Part shown: positions 25,279-34,815 of the stretch, piece after piece
How positions within the stretch are numbered: position 1 is the stretch's first letter
How the letters are laid out: every line of letters starts with the position of its first letter
IMG/VR virus record: IMGVR_UViG_3300037471_001733
Coordinates: 22,201 to 86,200 of that record
DNA: 64,000 nt
Reading direction: 5' to 3' (one strand)
Source of the DNA: a virus
Taxonomy: Duplodnaviria; Heunggongvirae; Uroviricota; Caudoviricetes
Notes under the pieces: generated by a model
Seen by the model: the letters and a program-made list of their open reading frames with translations, nothing else
Databases searched by the model: none
Told to the model about the DNA's origin: nothing
Translations under genes and position numbers: made by a program

Positions 25279-25749
25279 TCACGGCTTTTTGGCGGATTGC
25301 ACGGCTTCTTGGTAGATGGACTCGTAGATGCCGCGCAGCCAGGTGGTCACGATGGTCTTGGCCAGGAGCAGCACGTCACCAATGACGTTGCTGGCCATGC
25401 TGATGGGCCACACGATCATCCAGTGCACGATACGGCCAGCTTGGCGCGCGGGAGACAGGTGGGCGTAGCTTTCCCGTCCGGGGTTGTTGTCCACAGCATC
25501 GCGCACGAAGCGGCGGTAGCGCCAGATGCTCCAAACCACGCCGATCAGCACATAGCCTATGGCCCCGTAGAGCACGTGTTGCGGCGGCACCTGGAAGAAC
25601 AGATAGGCCACGAAGCCGGCGATCACCGCGAAGAAAAGCGCAAAGCCGGTGGACTCCATGGCCTCGCAGAAGATGGCCACGAGGACCAGCGCAGAGAGGG
25701 CGATCCAGTTGAGCAGGTAGCCTGTGACCAGGCCCATCACAAATTCCAT
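25279..25749 (-). CDS. 4-TM inner-membrane protein
   Basis: 156 aa; four hydrophobic helices; GGAAGGAA RBS; preceded by 320-bp intergenic region with hairpin. Confidence 0.5.
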   Translation of the reverse strand: MEFVMGLVTGYLLNWIALSALVLVAIFCEAMESTGFALFFAVIAGFVAYLFFQVPPQHVLYGAIGYVLIGVVWSIWRYRRFVRDAVDNNPGRESYAHLSPARQAGRIVHWMIVWPISMASNVIGDVLLLAKTIVTTWLRGIYESIYQEAVQSAKKP

Positions 25750-26070
25750 GTCGATTCCTTCCAGAGTTTTCGATCAGGGCATGGCCCTGCTGATATTCGG
25801 CACGATCAGGCGTATTCGCTTCCGATTTGGCCCGGAGCGTCCGAGGCTGAACATTGATTTTTGTGATTGCTAGCCGAGGGACATCTAGCGAACCCGCAGT
25901 GTCCGCAAAGGTTCCTGCGCAGCACCGTGATGCCAGGCGGCAGCCACGAGATCGGTCCCGGGCCGGCAAGCCTAGCTTTGAGCCGCCGCGCCTCGTCGAC
26001 ATCGCATTGGCGGCACCAGCACGCCCCGAACTGCTTGCGCATGGGGCTGCCTCGGCCTGAATTCGGGCGC

Positions 26071-26421
26071 TTACCGCGGGGCATCAGCCCTCCCTGCATC
26101 GAGGCGCAGCAGGTGATGGGCGCCGCGCGGCTCGCTTGATCTGGGCACGTCGTCTTGCCGCTGGAGATGGCGCACGATGCGCTCGGCCCAGGGCTCCATC
26201 AGGATGACGACCGTGCCGTAGAGCGTCTCGCGCAGCGGCTCCCGCGTCTTGAGGTCGACAACAAATCTGCCGGCGCTGTCAGCGACATAGCGCACCAACT
26301 CACGCCGCTCCTCGTCGGCCGTCAACACGTAGCTGCGTTCTATGCCGTCAAGCAGCACCCTCACCTTTCCTGGGCAGCCGCCGATGTATGCAGGGTCCGT
26401 GGGGTCTAGGCTCAGTCGCAC
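26071..26421 (-). CDS. hypothetical protein
   Basis: 116 aa ORF. Confidence 0.4.
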   Translation of the reverse strand: MRLSLDPTDPAYIGGCPGKVRVLLDGIERSYVLTADEERRELVRYVADSAGRFVVDLKTREPLRETLYGTVVILMEPWAERIVRHLQRQDDVPRSSEPRGAHHLLRLDAGRADAPR

Positions 26422-27008
26422 GCGTCACCCTCTCCGTCGCTGTCCAGATTGCGCTGCCACTTGGCCAGCCGTGCTTCGAGCTCCAGCGTTCCGGACAGGT
26501 TGCTCCAGCCTGGGTGTGACAGCTCCAACTCGGGCCCGCCCTCACCCACTAGGCGCCAGCCTCCCTCGTGAACGCCTCCTCGCTCCCAAAGTGCCACGCT
26601 GGTTATGTCGTCTCCGCCTGCGCCGTCGATGCCGACCTTGTACGGGTACGGCTCGCCCAGGTGATGCCGCTGAAACGCCTTCATGTGGCCCACCTCGCCG
26701 GGCGCACCGGTGATAGCGGCGATGTAGGCATCCACCAGCTCCTGCACTCGCAGCGGTTCGCCCACCTTCAGCGTGCCTGCTGGGACCGTGCCCAGCACCA
26801 TCGTGCATGGCCCATCGGGCACCGGCACCCACTTCTTGACCACCTCCACAGGCTCGCCGTTGACCCGTACCGAGAAGATGGTCCGCTTGGCCGGCGCGCG
26901 TTCGGGTTCTGACTCAGGCGCCAGCATCGGCGCCGGGGGCAGCGGGTGGCGCAGCACGGTGGCCCTGAGGGTGTGCTGCCACAGCAGGCGCTTGATGGTC
27001 TTGCTCAT
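26412..27008 (-). CDS. hypothetical protein
   Basis: 198 aa ORF. Confidence 0.45.
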   Translation of the reverse strand: MSKTIKRLLWQHTLRATVLRHPLPPAPMLAPESEPERAPAKRTIFSVRVNGEPVEVVKKWVPVPDGPCTMVLGTVPAGTLKVGEPLRVQELVDAYIAAITGAPGEVGHMKAFQRHHLGEPYPYKVGIDGAGGDDITSVALWERGGVHEGGWRLVGEGGPELELSHPGWSNLSGTLELEARLAKWQRNLDSDGEGDACD

Positions 27009-27271
27009 GCTGCGACACCTTTCTGGACAAAAGGCTTCTGAGCCTGGACTTCCTCCACGTAGAAGCGTCTGAATTCCGTCTCATCCGGGGAGAGATAGCG
27101 GACTCGGACCGTCGCCGCAGCGTCTTGCTTGGCGATGTTCTCCCGATAGCGGTCCCACTCTTTGGCGATGGCAATGTTTTCGAGGAACTGCTTGTCAAAG
27201 CTCCAACTGAGCACATCAAAGGTGCCCCAGTTCTCGCCCACCTCGCACAACAGGTAAATCGTTTCCATCAC
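27005..27271 (-). CDS. hypothetical protein
   Basis: 88 aa, 4-nt overlaps both sides. Confidence 0.45.
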   Translation of the reverse strand: MMETIYLLCEVGENWGTFDVLSWSFDKQFLENIAIAKEWDRYRENIAKQDAAATVRVRYLSPDETEFRRFYVEEVQAQKPFVQKGVAA

Positions 27272-27564
27272 CAGTTTCCTTCCTCGCTGCCTCGCGCGTC
27301 CGCCTGGATCACCTGCAGCGACTCCCTATTGCTGAGAATCAGTGTGCGGATACCCGGCGGCAGGTGCTCTGCGAGCCACTTCTTTGCGCCGTTGTGCATG
27401 TCGGCGGACAGGGTGGGCGTGTTGATGCGCAGCACAAGCACGTCACCAGGCTTCAGCGTGAGCTTTGCTGCCTCGGTGATGAGTGGGAACGTCGGCTCTG
27501 GCTCGATACGGCGCCGCTCCCACAAAACTTCCGGGTTCTGGTTCAGGGTGGCCGGCATGGTCAA
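27268..27564 (-). CDS. hypothetical protein
   Basis: 98 aa. Confidence 0.45.
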   Translation of the reverse strand: MTMPATLNQNPEVLWERRRIEPEPTFPLITEAAKLTLKPGDVLVLRINTPTLSADMHNGAKKWLAEHLPPGIRTLILSNRESLQVIQADARGSEEGNW

Positions 27565-28172
27565 GCCTCCACAGGACGGCGCTGCAGGCTTGGCAAAGCC
27601 AGCGCGCCACGGTTGCGCTTGATGATCCAGTACGTCAGCAGCACACCACCCAGCACGGACGCCAGTACCAGGCCGATGGCCAGCAAAGCAAGCGCCGCCT
27701 TCGGGTCGTCAATATCGAGGTCCAAGTCCTTGAACAAGCTGCCGGCGCCATCGAGCGCGCCGCCCATGTTCTGGAATGCGTCGTATGTGTTCTTGAGGTT
27801 GGCGAACGTGTTCCAAGACGTGATGGCGAGATTGGTCAAGGACCGCTCGCGCCACAACTCAATCCACGAATGGATCATGATCACCCAACCGCTCATGAGC
27901 GCCGGGATGATGACGAGGACGTACCAAAGCCCCGACATCTGCTTTGCGTACTCCTTGGGCAGACAGCCGGCGGCTATTGCTATGCCGGACAGCATCAGCA
28001 TGAGTACGGCCGAGAAGCCCACTGCAGACTGCACTGCGCCGCTCCAGACAACGAGGCGCATCCAGCCGCCGAGGGCTTTTACCTCATCCCAGACTTTGCC
28101 GCAGACGCGAGCGTTCCAGTACGAGATGCCTATGGTCAGCAGGATCAGGCCGACAAGAAGAAGTGTGTTCAA
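27561..28172 (-). CDS. polytopic membrane protein (4-5 TM)
   Basis: 203 aa with multiple hydrophobic helices. Confidence 0.5.
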   Translation of the reverse strand: MNTLLLVGLILLTIGISYWNARVCGKVWDEVKALGGWMRLVVWSGAVQSAVGFSAVLMLMLSGIAIAAGCLPKEYAKQMSGLWYVLVIIPALMSGWVIMIHSWIELWRERSLTNLAITSWNTFANLKNTYDAFQNMGGALDGAGSLFKDLDLDIDDPKAALALLAIGLVLASVLGGVLLTYWIIKRNRGALALPSLQRRPVEA

Positions 28173-28414
28173 GCAAAGACTCCGAAAGTGAGACGAGACA
28201 GAAGGGACGCTTTGGGGCGGGCCGGCGGCGTCACCGCTTCCTTGATGAGCCGCGCAATCTCTTCAGGTGACTCGCGCACATGCACATACTTGCCATGCGT
28301 CAGGTAGACGGCGGTCAATGTGCTAGAGCTGCGATGGACGTGCGTTATGTGCTCGGCGATGAGCCATTCATCTAGGCCGCAGTCACTGGTGAACTTTATG
28401 GGGTGCATGTTCAA
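28169..28414 (-). CDS. hypothetical protein
   Basis: 81 aa. Confidence 0.4.
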   Translation of the reverse strand: MNMHPIKFTSDCGLDEWLIAEHITHVHRSSSTLTAVYLTHGKYVHVRESPEEIARLIKEAVTPPARPKASLLSRLTFGVFA

Positions 28415-28461
28415 ACTCCTATTTGAGAAGGTCTACTCGGCCGGTGAGCACAAATTGCGCT

Positions 28462-28791
28462 TCATCCATACAGCTTCCTGATGGTTTCGTTGAGCACCGA
28501 CAGTTCGGTGGCCTTGTAGACGGCCCACATGCGCTTCTCCCCATGCCAGCCATTCCGACTACCTTGATGGCAGTCTTTGCACAGCGGCAGAACCAAAAAA
28601 TGTCGGCCTTGCTCGATGTGATGGGCGTCACTTGGGCCGGGATGACCGCACACGCCGCAGGACAACTCCTTCACGCGCGCGATGTGATCAGACTCAGAAG
28701 CCGTGATCGCCTTGGCGTTCTTGGTCCTCACCTCTGCTTTTCCTTCCACGCCATAAAGGGCTGCCGAAAGCGCTTGTTGAAGCACTCCCAA
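28462..28791 (-). CDS. HNH-type zinc-binding nuclease-like protein (Ref/HNH-like)
   Basis: 109 aa; 'SCGVCGH...HHIEQG...LCKDCHQGSRNGWHG'. Confidence 0.5.
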   Translation of the reverse strand: MGVLQQALSAALYGVEGKAEVRTKNAKAITASESDHIARVKELSCGVCGHPGPSDAHHIEQGRHFLVLPLCKDCHQGSRNGWHGEKRMWAVYKATELSVLNETIRKLYG

Positions 28792-29372
28792 GCGGTGGAG
28801 TCGACGTCAAGGTGCGATCTAGATTCGACCCCGCAGATTTCACGCACCACCATGGCGGACAGTTCCGCCCGACTCTTGGAACCCGGTCCGGATTGGTCTA
28901 ACGCCCAGAGCCAAACGGTCTCCGTGGTTGGCTCGCGTTGGAGCCACTGCTGGAACTGCTCGTCGTTGCACCACTGCGCCGCGAGCGCTGCCTTGCTGCC
29001 GCCGCGGGCCTCCATGCGCTGCTTGGCTTCGCGCTCGCGCATCGGCATGGTCTTGAGCGCAGCCAAGGCCAGTGCTGCGCCAGGTGTGCCGAACTGCTTG
29101 AAAGCCGCTCGGGCGAAGCGCGGGTCGATGTCGACACTGAGCCTCAACGCGCCTTTGGCCATGGTCTGCACCGGGCCGCTTGCGCCTTCGATGGCCTCGG
29201 CTTCGTCCTTGCTGCGGAGTGCGATCAACGCCATGGGCGTGCCCCTACTGCCGAACAGATCGAAGGCCGCCTGTGCGAGCTCTGCCGCGATATTCACGGG
29301 CAGTCGCAGAGTTCCGTCGCCCATCGTGCGCCCTGCTCCGCTGGTGGCCTCGATGATCCCTTCTTCGCTCAC
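28728..29372 (-). CDS. hypothetical protein with internal approx. 40-aa duplication
   Basis: GTG start with GGGGAGG RBS overlapping upstream stop (GTGA); repeats GDGTLRLPVNIAAELAQAAFDLFGSRGTP / AKGALRLSVDIDPRFARAAFKQFGTPG. Confidence 0.45.
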   Translation of the reverse strand: MSEEGIIEATSGAGRTMGDGTLRLPVNIAAELAQAAFDLFGSRGTPMALIALRSKDEAEAIEGASGPVQTMAKGALRLSVDIDPRFARAAFKQFGTPGAALALAALKTMPMREREAKQRMEARGGSKAALAAQWCNDEQFQQWLQREPTTETVWLWALDQSGPGSKSRAELSAMVVREICGVESRSHLDVDSTAWECFNKRFRQPFMAWKEKQR

Positions 29373-29554
29373 AGCACCTCCCCGAATGCGCCAGCCAGCG
29401 CCCAGCCCAGGCCGGCGCCGGACGCCGCCGCAAAGTCGCGCGTCAGTTGGCTCCACGCGGACGGGTCCAACTGCCAAGCGGAGAACGCTGCCACGAGATA
29501 GCTGATGCCGGCGCCAATAGCGAACCCGGCTGTGGCCTTGATCGCGGTTTTCAT
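29369..29554 (-). CDS. small 2-TM membrane protein (61 aa)
   Basis: GAGGGG RBS; MKTAIKATAGFAIGAGISYLVAAF... Confidence 0.4.
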   Translation of the reverse strand: MKTAIKATAGFAIGAGISYLVAAFSAWQLDPSAWSQLTRDFAAASGAGLGWALAGAFGEVL

Positions 29555-29796
29555 GCGGCACCCCTCGTCGCGCAGCTGCGCCCGGCATAGACCTGCTCCA
29601 GCGCGTCGTTGGGCTTGGCGTCGCGCCACTCGGTGCTCGTGCTGATCACGCGCGGCTCCCGGTCGGGCAGCAGCGAGACAAGGTCCATGCGCTCGCACAG
29701 CACTTCGACCTGGAGCACCACACGCCCGTACCAAGTGCGGCGCGGGCGGACGCGGCCGGTCAGCGAGCGGTGGTATATGGGAGGCAGCGCGGCCAT
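29551..29796 (-). CDS. hypothetical protein
   Basis: 81 aa, ATGA overlap. Confidence 0.4.
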   Translation of the reverse strand: MAALPPIYHRSLTGRVRPRRTWYGRVVLQVEVLCERMDLVSLLPDREPRVISTSTEWRDAKPNDALEQVYAGRSCATRGAA

Positions 29797-29798
29797 GG

Positions 29799-30161
29799 TC
29801 AGGCGCCCTCCTGCACGCCGTAGAAGGCTGCCAAGATCAGTCGATGGATGTAGGCGTCTGCTACCCCGATATCGACCTCCTCAACGCCACCATCCGCGTA
29901 CAACGTCCCGGGGATGAAGCCGGCCGCGATCAGTGGCTGGTAGAGGTCGTAGCACCAGTCGCTGTTGCCGAACGGGCGCTTGCCGCTGAACCCATCCTGC
30001 TCGTCCCACAGCGTCTGCAGCAACTTGCACAGGTAGTCGCGCACGCGCAAGTTTGCGCCCGCGTCAGAGTCGAAGCGCAGATCCAGCGCGGCCAACAGCC
30101 CCTTGTCGGCCTGCTGCTCCGGCATTGGCACGTACTGCACACCGTCGATCACAACCGTCAT
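29799..30161 (-). CDS. hypothetical protein
   Basis: 120 aa. Confidence 0.45.
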   Translation of the reverse strand: MTVVIDGVQYVPMPEQQADKGLLAALDLRFDSDAGANLRVRDYLCKLLQTLWDEQDGFSGKRPFGNSDWCYDLYQPLIAAGFIPGTLYADGGVEEVDIGVADAYIHRLILAAFYGVQEGA

Positions 30162-30361
30162 ACCTCCTCCACCTCATGCAGGAAAGACAGCGAATGGACA
30201 GCCACGTCCGCCACCCCGTACTGCTTCGCAATCTGCTGCTTCAGGTCGTCGAAGTGCTGCTGCGAGTCGATGCGCAGCCGGGCGACGAAGATGCCGTCCA
30301 GATCTATCGTGCGGCTGCGGCCCATGTCGGCCACGGCGTGGTAGTGATACGCATACGCCAT
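30158..30361 (-). CDS. hypothetical protein (67 aa)
   Basis: internal ATG giving ATGA overlap with upstream gene. Confidence 0.35.
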   Translation of the reverse strand: MAYAYHYHAVADMGRSRTIDLDGIFVARLRIDSQQHFDDLKQQIAKQYGVADVAVHSLSFLHEVEEV

Positions 30362-30579
30362 CACTCGGCTCCCTTGTCGGCCTGCTTCGACTTGTCCAAG
30401 TAATCGGCCCACTGGATGAGTTGCAGGCCCAAGAATCTGGCGCATTCCGTGGTCATGAACACAGCGCTTTGGGATGTGCCGCCAGTACTCAGCAGCACCT
30501 TCTCGTCCTTGCCCTCGCAGACGCCAATGCCGACAGAGACGGCTCCCTTGTTTTGCGGCGGGTGGAAACCGTGGCTCAT
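30361..30579 (-). CDS. hypothetical protein
   Basis: 72 aa. Confidence 0.4.
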   Translation of the reverse strand: MSHGFHPPQNKGAVSVGIGVCEGKDEKVLLSTGGTSQSAVFMTTECARFLGLQLIQWADYLDKSKQADKGAE

Positions 30580-30761
30580 TCGTTAGCTCCTTTGTTGGCC
30601 TTCTGCGCCTCGTACTCCGCCCGCGTCACCGGCTCGGGCAGCCGCTTGCACACAGGCGCACCGCGCACGCGCTCGTGGGTGAGCTCGACGCCGTAGCGGA
30701 TGACCAGCTTGCCGCCGCAGTGACGGCAGACCTGGCCGTTGTTGTCGGGGCCGCTGCTCAC
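30576..30761 (-). CDS. zinc-ribbon protein (CRHCGG...C)
   Basis: 61 aa. Confidence 0.45.
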   Translation of the reverse strand: MSSGPDNNGQVCRHCGGKLVIRYGVELTHERVRGAPVCKRLPEPVTRAEYEAQKANKGANE

Positions 30762-31447
30762 TGGTTGGGCCCTTTGATGCTTGCCGGTAGGCTGTAGAGC
30801 TGCAGTTCCTGCGCGTTCTCAACCATGAGATCCAGTGCGGCCGACTGCGCTGGCGTCGGGCCGGGCGCCTCACCGTTGAGGATTTGGTCGATGGCCTCGC
30901 CGTAGTACGAGCCCTTGTATGGCTGGTTATCGCGCTGGCGCTGCGGGTTGCGCCGCGGCGGCACTTGGCCGCTGCGCCTTTGAGACAGCGCCTCGCGCAA
31001 CTGCGTCGGCGTCATCATGCTGGCGCTGAGCACAGGTTTGTCGCCGCACCGGCTGCCGTCGCACTCCCCGCAGCACTCGCCATTTGCATCGGCCGCCTCC
31101 TTGGCCCTCCGCTCCTGCAGCGCCTTGAACGCAGCCTCGCCCGCAATGACATATGGCGTGAACACTCCGTACCCATGACGCTCTTCGGCTGGCGGCACCT
31201 GCGCGGTATGCAGCGGTCGCTGCACTGGGTTGGACGATGCCGGCCACTGGCGAGGCGGGACCATGCCTTGCGGCCTTGGGATCGGATGCGGCGGCACATG
31301 GCCGCGGTAGTCCATCAAGGCCATTGAGTCCTGCAGATCGAGCCACGCGCGAAGCGCCAGGACGATGGCCGCGAAGGCCAGAGCAACCACCGCGACAAGG
31401 ATGTACGGCGCGGCCGGCGATGTAGCGAAGTCGATGAACCAGCCCAT
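30758..31447 (-). CDS. single-pass membrane protein with Cys-rich (CCGECDGSRCGD) soluble domain
   Basis: 229 aa; N-terminal TM helix; follows SPFH gene. Confidence 0.5.
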   Translation of the reverse strand: MGWFIDFATSPAAPYILVAVVALAFAAIVLALRAWLDLQDSMALMDYRGHVPPHPIPRPQGMVPPRQWPASSNPVQRPLHTAQVPPAEERHGYGVFTPYVIAGEAAFKALQERRAKEAADANGECCGECDGSRCGDKPVLSASMMTPTQLREALSQRRSGQVPPRRNPQRQRDNQPYKGSYYGEAIDQILNGEAPGPTPAQSAALDLMVENAQELQLYSLPASIKGPNQ

Positions 31448-31456
31448 GGCGCACCC

Positions 31457-32305
31457 TTACCTGACGGACACCAGAGGCTGCGCGCCGTACGGGACCATGA
31501 TCGTGGTGTTGCCGTCCTTCGCGGCAATCGCGCGCTGGGCCTCGATCTCACGCATCTTCAGCACCTGCGGCGTGATGCTGGCAGCAAGGATCTCGTTGGC
31601 TTTGGCAGTGGCCTGCGCGCGCAATACATCAGCCTTGGCGATGCGCTCCACTACCTCCATCTGCCGTGCCGTCTCAGCCTTCTCCAGCGCCAGTTCCTTC
31701 TGCTTGGCCTCGATTTCCTTGTCCTTGGCTGCGGCGTTGCGGATGGCCTGCTCAATGGCAGGGTCCGTCACCATGTTGCGCACGTTGATGTTGGTGATGA
31801 CGAAGGCCTCCTTGTCGGTGTCGTCCAGCGCCTTTTGCAGTGCCTTCTGGATCGCTTGGCCGACCTCGTTGCGCTTGGTGTGCATCGTGGTGGCATCGAA
31901 GTCCGCAAACGCCTTGTAGATGGCTTCGCGCCCCTCGCGGCTCACGCGGTTGAATCCGACGACCGAATCTCCGTTGTCAAGCTTGCGGACATCGCCCTGG
32001 TACTTGATGAACAGGGCCGCGACCTTGGCCGGGTTGACGCGGAAGTAGATGTCGAGGTCCACGTCCTGCATGGAGAGGTTGTCCTTCGACTTCGGCGCCA
32101 TGTTGTCGAACGACACGGCGATTTCCTTGGTCGTGAACTCGTCCACCGTCTTGAACATCGTGAAGTACACGCCCTGAGGAAGTGTCTCGGGGCTGACCTT
32201 GCCGATGGTCCGCTCGACGCCCACGTTGCCGGTGTCGATCTGCGTGCAGGCGCCCAGCAGCATGACGATGCCCATCAGGGCCAGGGAGAACAGTCGCTTG
32301 ATCAC
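31457..32305 (-). CDS. SPFH/band-7 (prohibitin/HflC-like) lipoprotein
   Basis: GTG 32305 (alt ATG 32275); lipobox 'LLGAC'; SPFH core 'GVERTIGKV...LDIYFRVNP...' and long C-terminal coiled coil. Confidence 0.7.
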   Translation of the reverse strand: MIKRLFSLALMGIVMLLGACTQIDTGNVGVERTIGKVSPETLPQGVYFTMFKTVDEFTTKEIAVSFDNMAPKSKDNLSMQDVDLDIYFRVNPAKVAALFIKYQGDVRKLDNGDSVVGFNRVSREGREAIYKAFADFDATTMHTKRNEVGQAIQKALQKALDDTDKEAFVITNINVRNMVTDPAIEQAIRNAAAKDKEIEAKQKELALEKAETARQMEVVERIAKADVLRAQATAKANEILAASITPQVLKMREIEAQRAIAAKDGNTTIMVPYGAQPLVSVR

Positions 32306-32316
32306 AGGTTCTTCTT

Positions 32317-32508
32317 TCAAAGCAGGTTGGTGGACGGGAGGTAATAGGCCGACGCAACGAGCGCCAGCAGGACGAGCACGAGCGCGCCGAGACGCAGACC
32401 GTGCCGGGTGACAAGGCGCGCGGCTTGGCTGCGCTCCTTGTGGTCGAAGAACTGCCAGGCGCCGTAGCCGAGCACCAGCAGCACGATGAGCAGGAGCAGG
32501 TGTTTCAC
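32317..32508 (-). CDS. 2-TM small membrane protein (63 aa), candidate partner of SPFH protein
   Basis: MKHLLLLIVLLVLGYGAWQFF...LGALVLVLLALVASAYY. Confidence 0.45.
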   Translation of the reverse strand: MKHLLLLIVLLVLGYGAWQFFDHKERSQAARLVTRHGLRLGALVLVLLALVASAYYLPSTNLL

Positions 32509-32696
32509 TGGACCATCTCCGGTGCAAGGTGAAGGTTTGCGGTCAGTGCGGGCCGCATCTCGACCTCGTGTTCTGACTCAGTGGCGCATGCAGTGGCGCC
32601 GCCCACCGCGCGCAGCACGAGGCACGCGCCGACAGCGCCGCTGGCCACGCCGACAAGGGCGAACAGGCTGACAGCGAACAAGACGGGATGCTTCAT
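32505..32696 (-). CDS. small secreted/lipoprotein-like protein (63 aa)
   Basis: signal-peptide-like N-terminus MKHPVLFAVSLFALVGVASGAVGAC. Confidence 0.4.
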   Translation of the reverse strand: MKHPVLFAVSLFALVGVASGAVGACLVLRAVGGATACATESEHEVEMRPALTANLHLAPEMVQ

Positions 32697-32931
32697 TGCT
32701 GCACCTGCACAAAGACCGAACAAACGGCCCGCAGTTGGTCCGAAACCACCCCCGCCGGATCTAGCTTTTCCTCCTGCCCAGCCGGCTGTTCCTTGGCTTG
32801 GACCCCCTTGCAAAACCTGTCACGCGCAGGCCGGCGGTCCAGTTGAATGAGGTCGCGGGGAAGGACGTAGAAGGGAGGGACGATTGGGAACTTCAACATC
32901 GGGGGGCCTCTTGGGAACGAATCGGACGCAG

Positions 32932-33255
32932 TTACTTCAGTTTCGAAGCGCCGGACAGATGCCGGAACTTGGCCGCGATCAGCAGGCACTGCTGCTCAAC
33001 CCAGCCCATGAATCGCCACATGCGCGACGGCGCGAAAAGCTTTGCCTCTGGACCGCAAGGTCCGTCGGATGCACGCATCTCGCCCACCCGCATGGCCCAC
33101 GCATTGCCCTGCTGGTACTTGCTGCGCGACTTCAGATGGAAAGTGCCTGTGTACTGGTCCATGACATGGTCAAAGCCGTCCCAGTGCTCCTGGCAGTACG
33201 CGGCGCCATTGCGGCGACTGATGTGCAGGTGCTTGCAGCCGGTGCAGGGCTTCAT
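32932..33255 (-). CDS. zinc-finger protein (CTGC...C..H)
   Basis: 107 aa. Confidence 0.45.
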   Translation of the reverse strand: MKPCTGCKHLHISRRNGAAYCQEHWDGFDHVMDQYTGTFHLKSRSKYQQGNAWAMRVGEMRASDGPCGPEAKLFAPSRMWRFMGWVEQQCLLIAAKFRHLSGASKLK

Positions 33256-33728
33256 CAGACGTCCTCCTCAATCCAGCCGCCACCATCCTTCTTGGGGCGC
33301 GGGAAGATCACCTTGAACACAAGCGGATAGGCGTCAGCCGCAACACGCATCTTCACTTTCGCGTCGTCCTGATAGACAGCCTTGGCGCCCTTCACGTCGC
33401 GGAGCTCAAGCCTCCCATCGGCAGCCAACACCGCGAAGTCGGGCGTGAGGAATGTGTTGTCCGCGAGACGCAGCTTCACACCCTCAAAGCGGAACCACAG
33501 CACGCGGCCGGCGACGCGCTCAGCCTCAAGGTACTTGGCGTACTTGGCCTCAAGCGGGTTCATCTCGCCGGTCTTGAGCCTGCCAAGCGCGTACAGCCCG
33601 GCCTTTGTGCTGGCCGGCTTGGCTGGCGCTGGCGGCGCCTTAGCGGCCGGCGTCGACACGGGCTTGCCCTGCTTGGCCTTGTGCTCAGCCAACTGCTCCT
33701 CTGACCAGCGAAGCATCGTGCCCATCAC
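33255..33728 (-). CDS. DUF1064/VRR-NUC-like PD-(D/E)XK nuclease
   Basis: 157 aa; 'NPLEAKYAKYLEAERVAGRVLWFRFEGVKLRLADNTFLTPDFAVL...LRDVKG'. Confidence 0.55.
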   Translation of the reverse strand: MMGTMLRWSEEQLAEHKAKQGKPVSTPAAKAPPAPAKPASTKAGLYALGRLKTGEMNPLEAKYAKYLEAERVAGRVLWFRFEGVKLRLADNTFLTPDFAVLAADGRLELRDVKGAKAVYQDDAKVKMRVAADAYPLVFKVIFPRPKKDGGGWIEEDV

Positions 33729-33955
33729 GCACCGCCTTTCGGATCAGCGGCGAGACCACGCCAAGGGGCGTTCTGCCAGCCGCTGAGGGCCCGGCGGAAC
33801 TCGACGGCCTCGGCTTTGTCGGGCCCGGAGAAATTCCATTGGCGGCCGTCCCACCATCCCCAATACAAATCGCCCTCGATGTCGCGCTGGTACAGGCCAG
33901 GGCGCACCGGCTGGACGTCTGCCGAATACCACGGCGTGAGCTTCTGATTACTCAA
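33725..33955 (-). CDS. hypothetical protein
   Basis: 76 aa. Confidence 0.4.
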   Translation of the reverse strand: MSNQKLTPWYSADVQPVRPGLYQRDIEGDLYWGWWDGRQWNFSGPDKAEAVEFRRALSGWQNAPWRGLAADPKGGA

Positions 33956-34149
33956 TCGCCCTCTCCTTCGCTTTCGTCGTCCGGTTCAAAACCAAGCGGC
34001 ATCACGCCCGCCTCAAGGCACATCACGACATCGCATTCGTCGCACCTGGCCGTGCCGTCAAACTCGTCGTTCGTATGCATCTCGATCAGCGTCAGAGGGC
34101 GACCGCATGACTTGCAGTTCGGCTCCATGTGCAGGGCTTCGGCGGTCAT
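33952..34149 (-). CDS. zinc-ribbon protein
   Basis: 65 aa, CKSCG...CDEC. Confidence 0.4.
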   Translation of the reverse strand: MTAEALHMEPNCKSCGRPLTLIEMHTNDEFDGTARCDECDVVMCLEAGVMPLGFEPDDESEGEGD

Positions 34150-34373
34150 GCGTGACCGCCTTCCTTGTCGAGTTCCACGACCGCCGCGGCCACGTCATAG
34201 GCCCCGCCGTCCTGGTTCATTGCGCGCCGGCCGGTGGCCACATCAATCAGCGTCCAACCGCGCATGGTCGATGTGACCCGCAGCAGGCGCCCGTCGCGCA
34301 GCTTCACGCGCACGCCGTCTGCGATGTGGCCGCGCATCGGGTGGAATGCCGCGGACTCCACAAAGTCGCTCAT
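34146..34373 (-). CDS. hypothetical protein (75 aa)
   Basis: internal ATG with ATGA overlap. Confidence 0.35.
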   Translation of the reverse strand: MSDFVESAAFHPMRGHIADGVRVKLRDGRLLRVTSTMRGWTLIDVATGRRAMNQDGGAYDVAAAVVELDKEGGHA

Positions 34374-34606
34374 GCCGGCGCCCTCCATTGCACCCAGGCA
34401 CCCCGGGCGTAGACCACCGAGTACGCCGTGGCCAACGGGATCAGGCCCCATGCCTCAACCTGCCATGCGAAAACCATCCAGAAGGGCTGGCCTGCCAAGC
34501 CGATCAGCGGCGCCCACTTCCGGCCGCGTGCGCTGTGCCCCATCGAGAGCCACATCGCCGTAAGGCCGAACAGAGCCAGTGCGGACTGGATCAGCGCACT
34601 GCTCAC
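34370..34606 (-). CDS. small 2-TM membrane protein
   Basis: GTG start in GTGA overlap with upstream stop. Confidence 0.4.
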   Translation of the reverse strand: MSSALIQSALALFGLTAMWLSMGHSARGRKWAPLIGLAGQPFWMVFAWQVEAWGLIPLATAYSVVYARGAWVQWRAPA

Positions 34607-34815
34607 GTCGCCGACCTCGCCGCCTGCAGGGCAACCATCAGCGCGTCCAGTTCTTCCCACCGCGCCGACACCGCGAAGCGCAAGGCCAGATCCTTGCCGG
34701 TCGCGATGACGTTGGCGCCTTCGAGGTTGCTCCACTGCATCACCGACACCGTGAAGCCGTCGCGGCCCTCAAGGAATACCTCGGTGGTCGGGTTCTTGAG
34801 CGTCTCCAGCTTCAT
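34603..34815 (-). CDS. hypothetical protein
   Basis: 70 aa. Confidence 0.4.
   Translation of the reverse strand: MKLETLKNPTTEVFLEGRDGFTVSVMQWSNLEGANVIATGKDLALRFAVSARWEELDALMVALQAARSAT

Noticed and set aside
27364-28307. Two overlapping 275-aa plus-strand ORFs
   Set aside because: Antisense to membrane-protein gene 27561..28172; His/Arg/Gln-rich spurious translations
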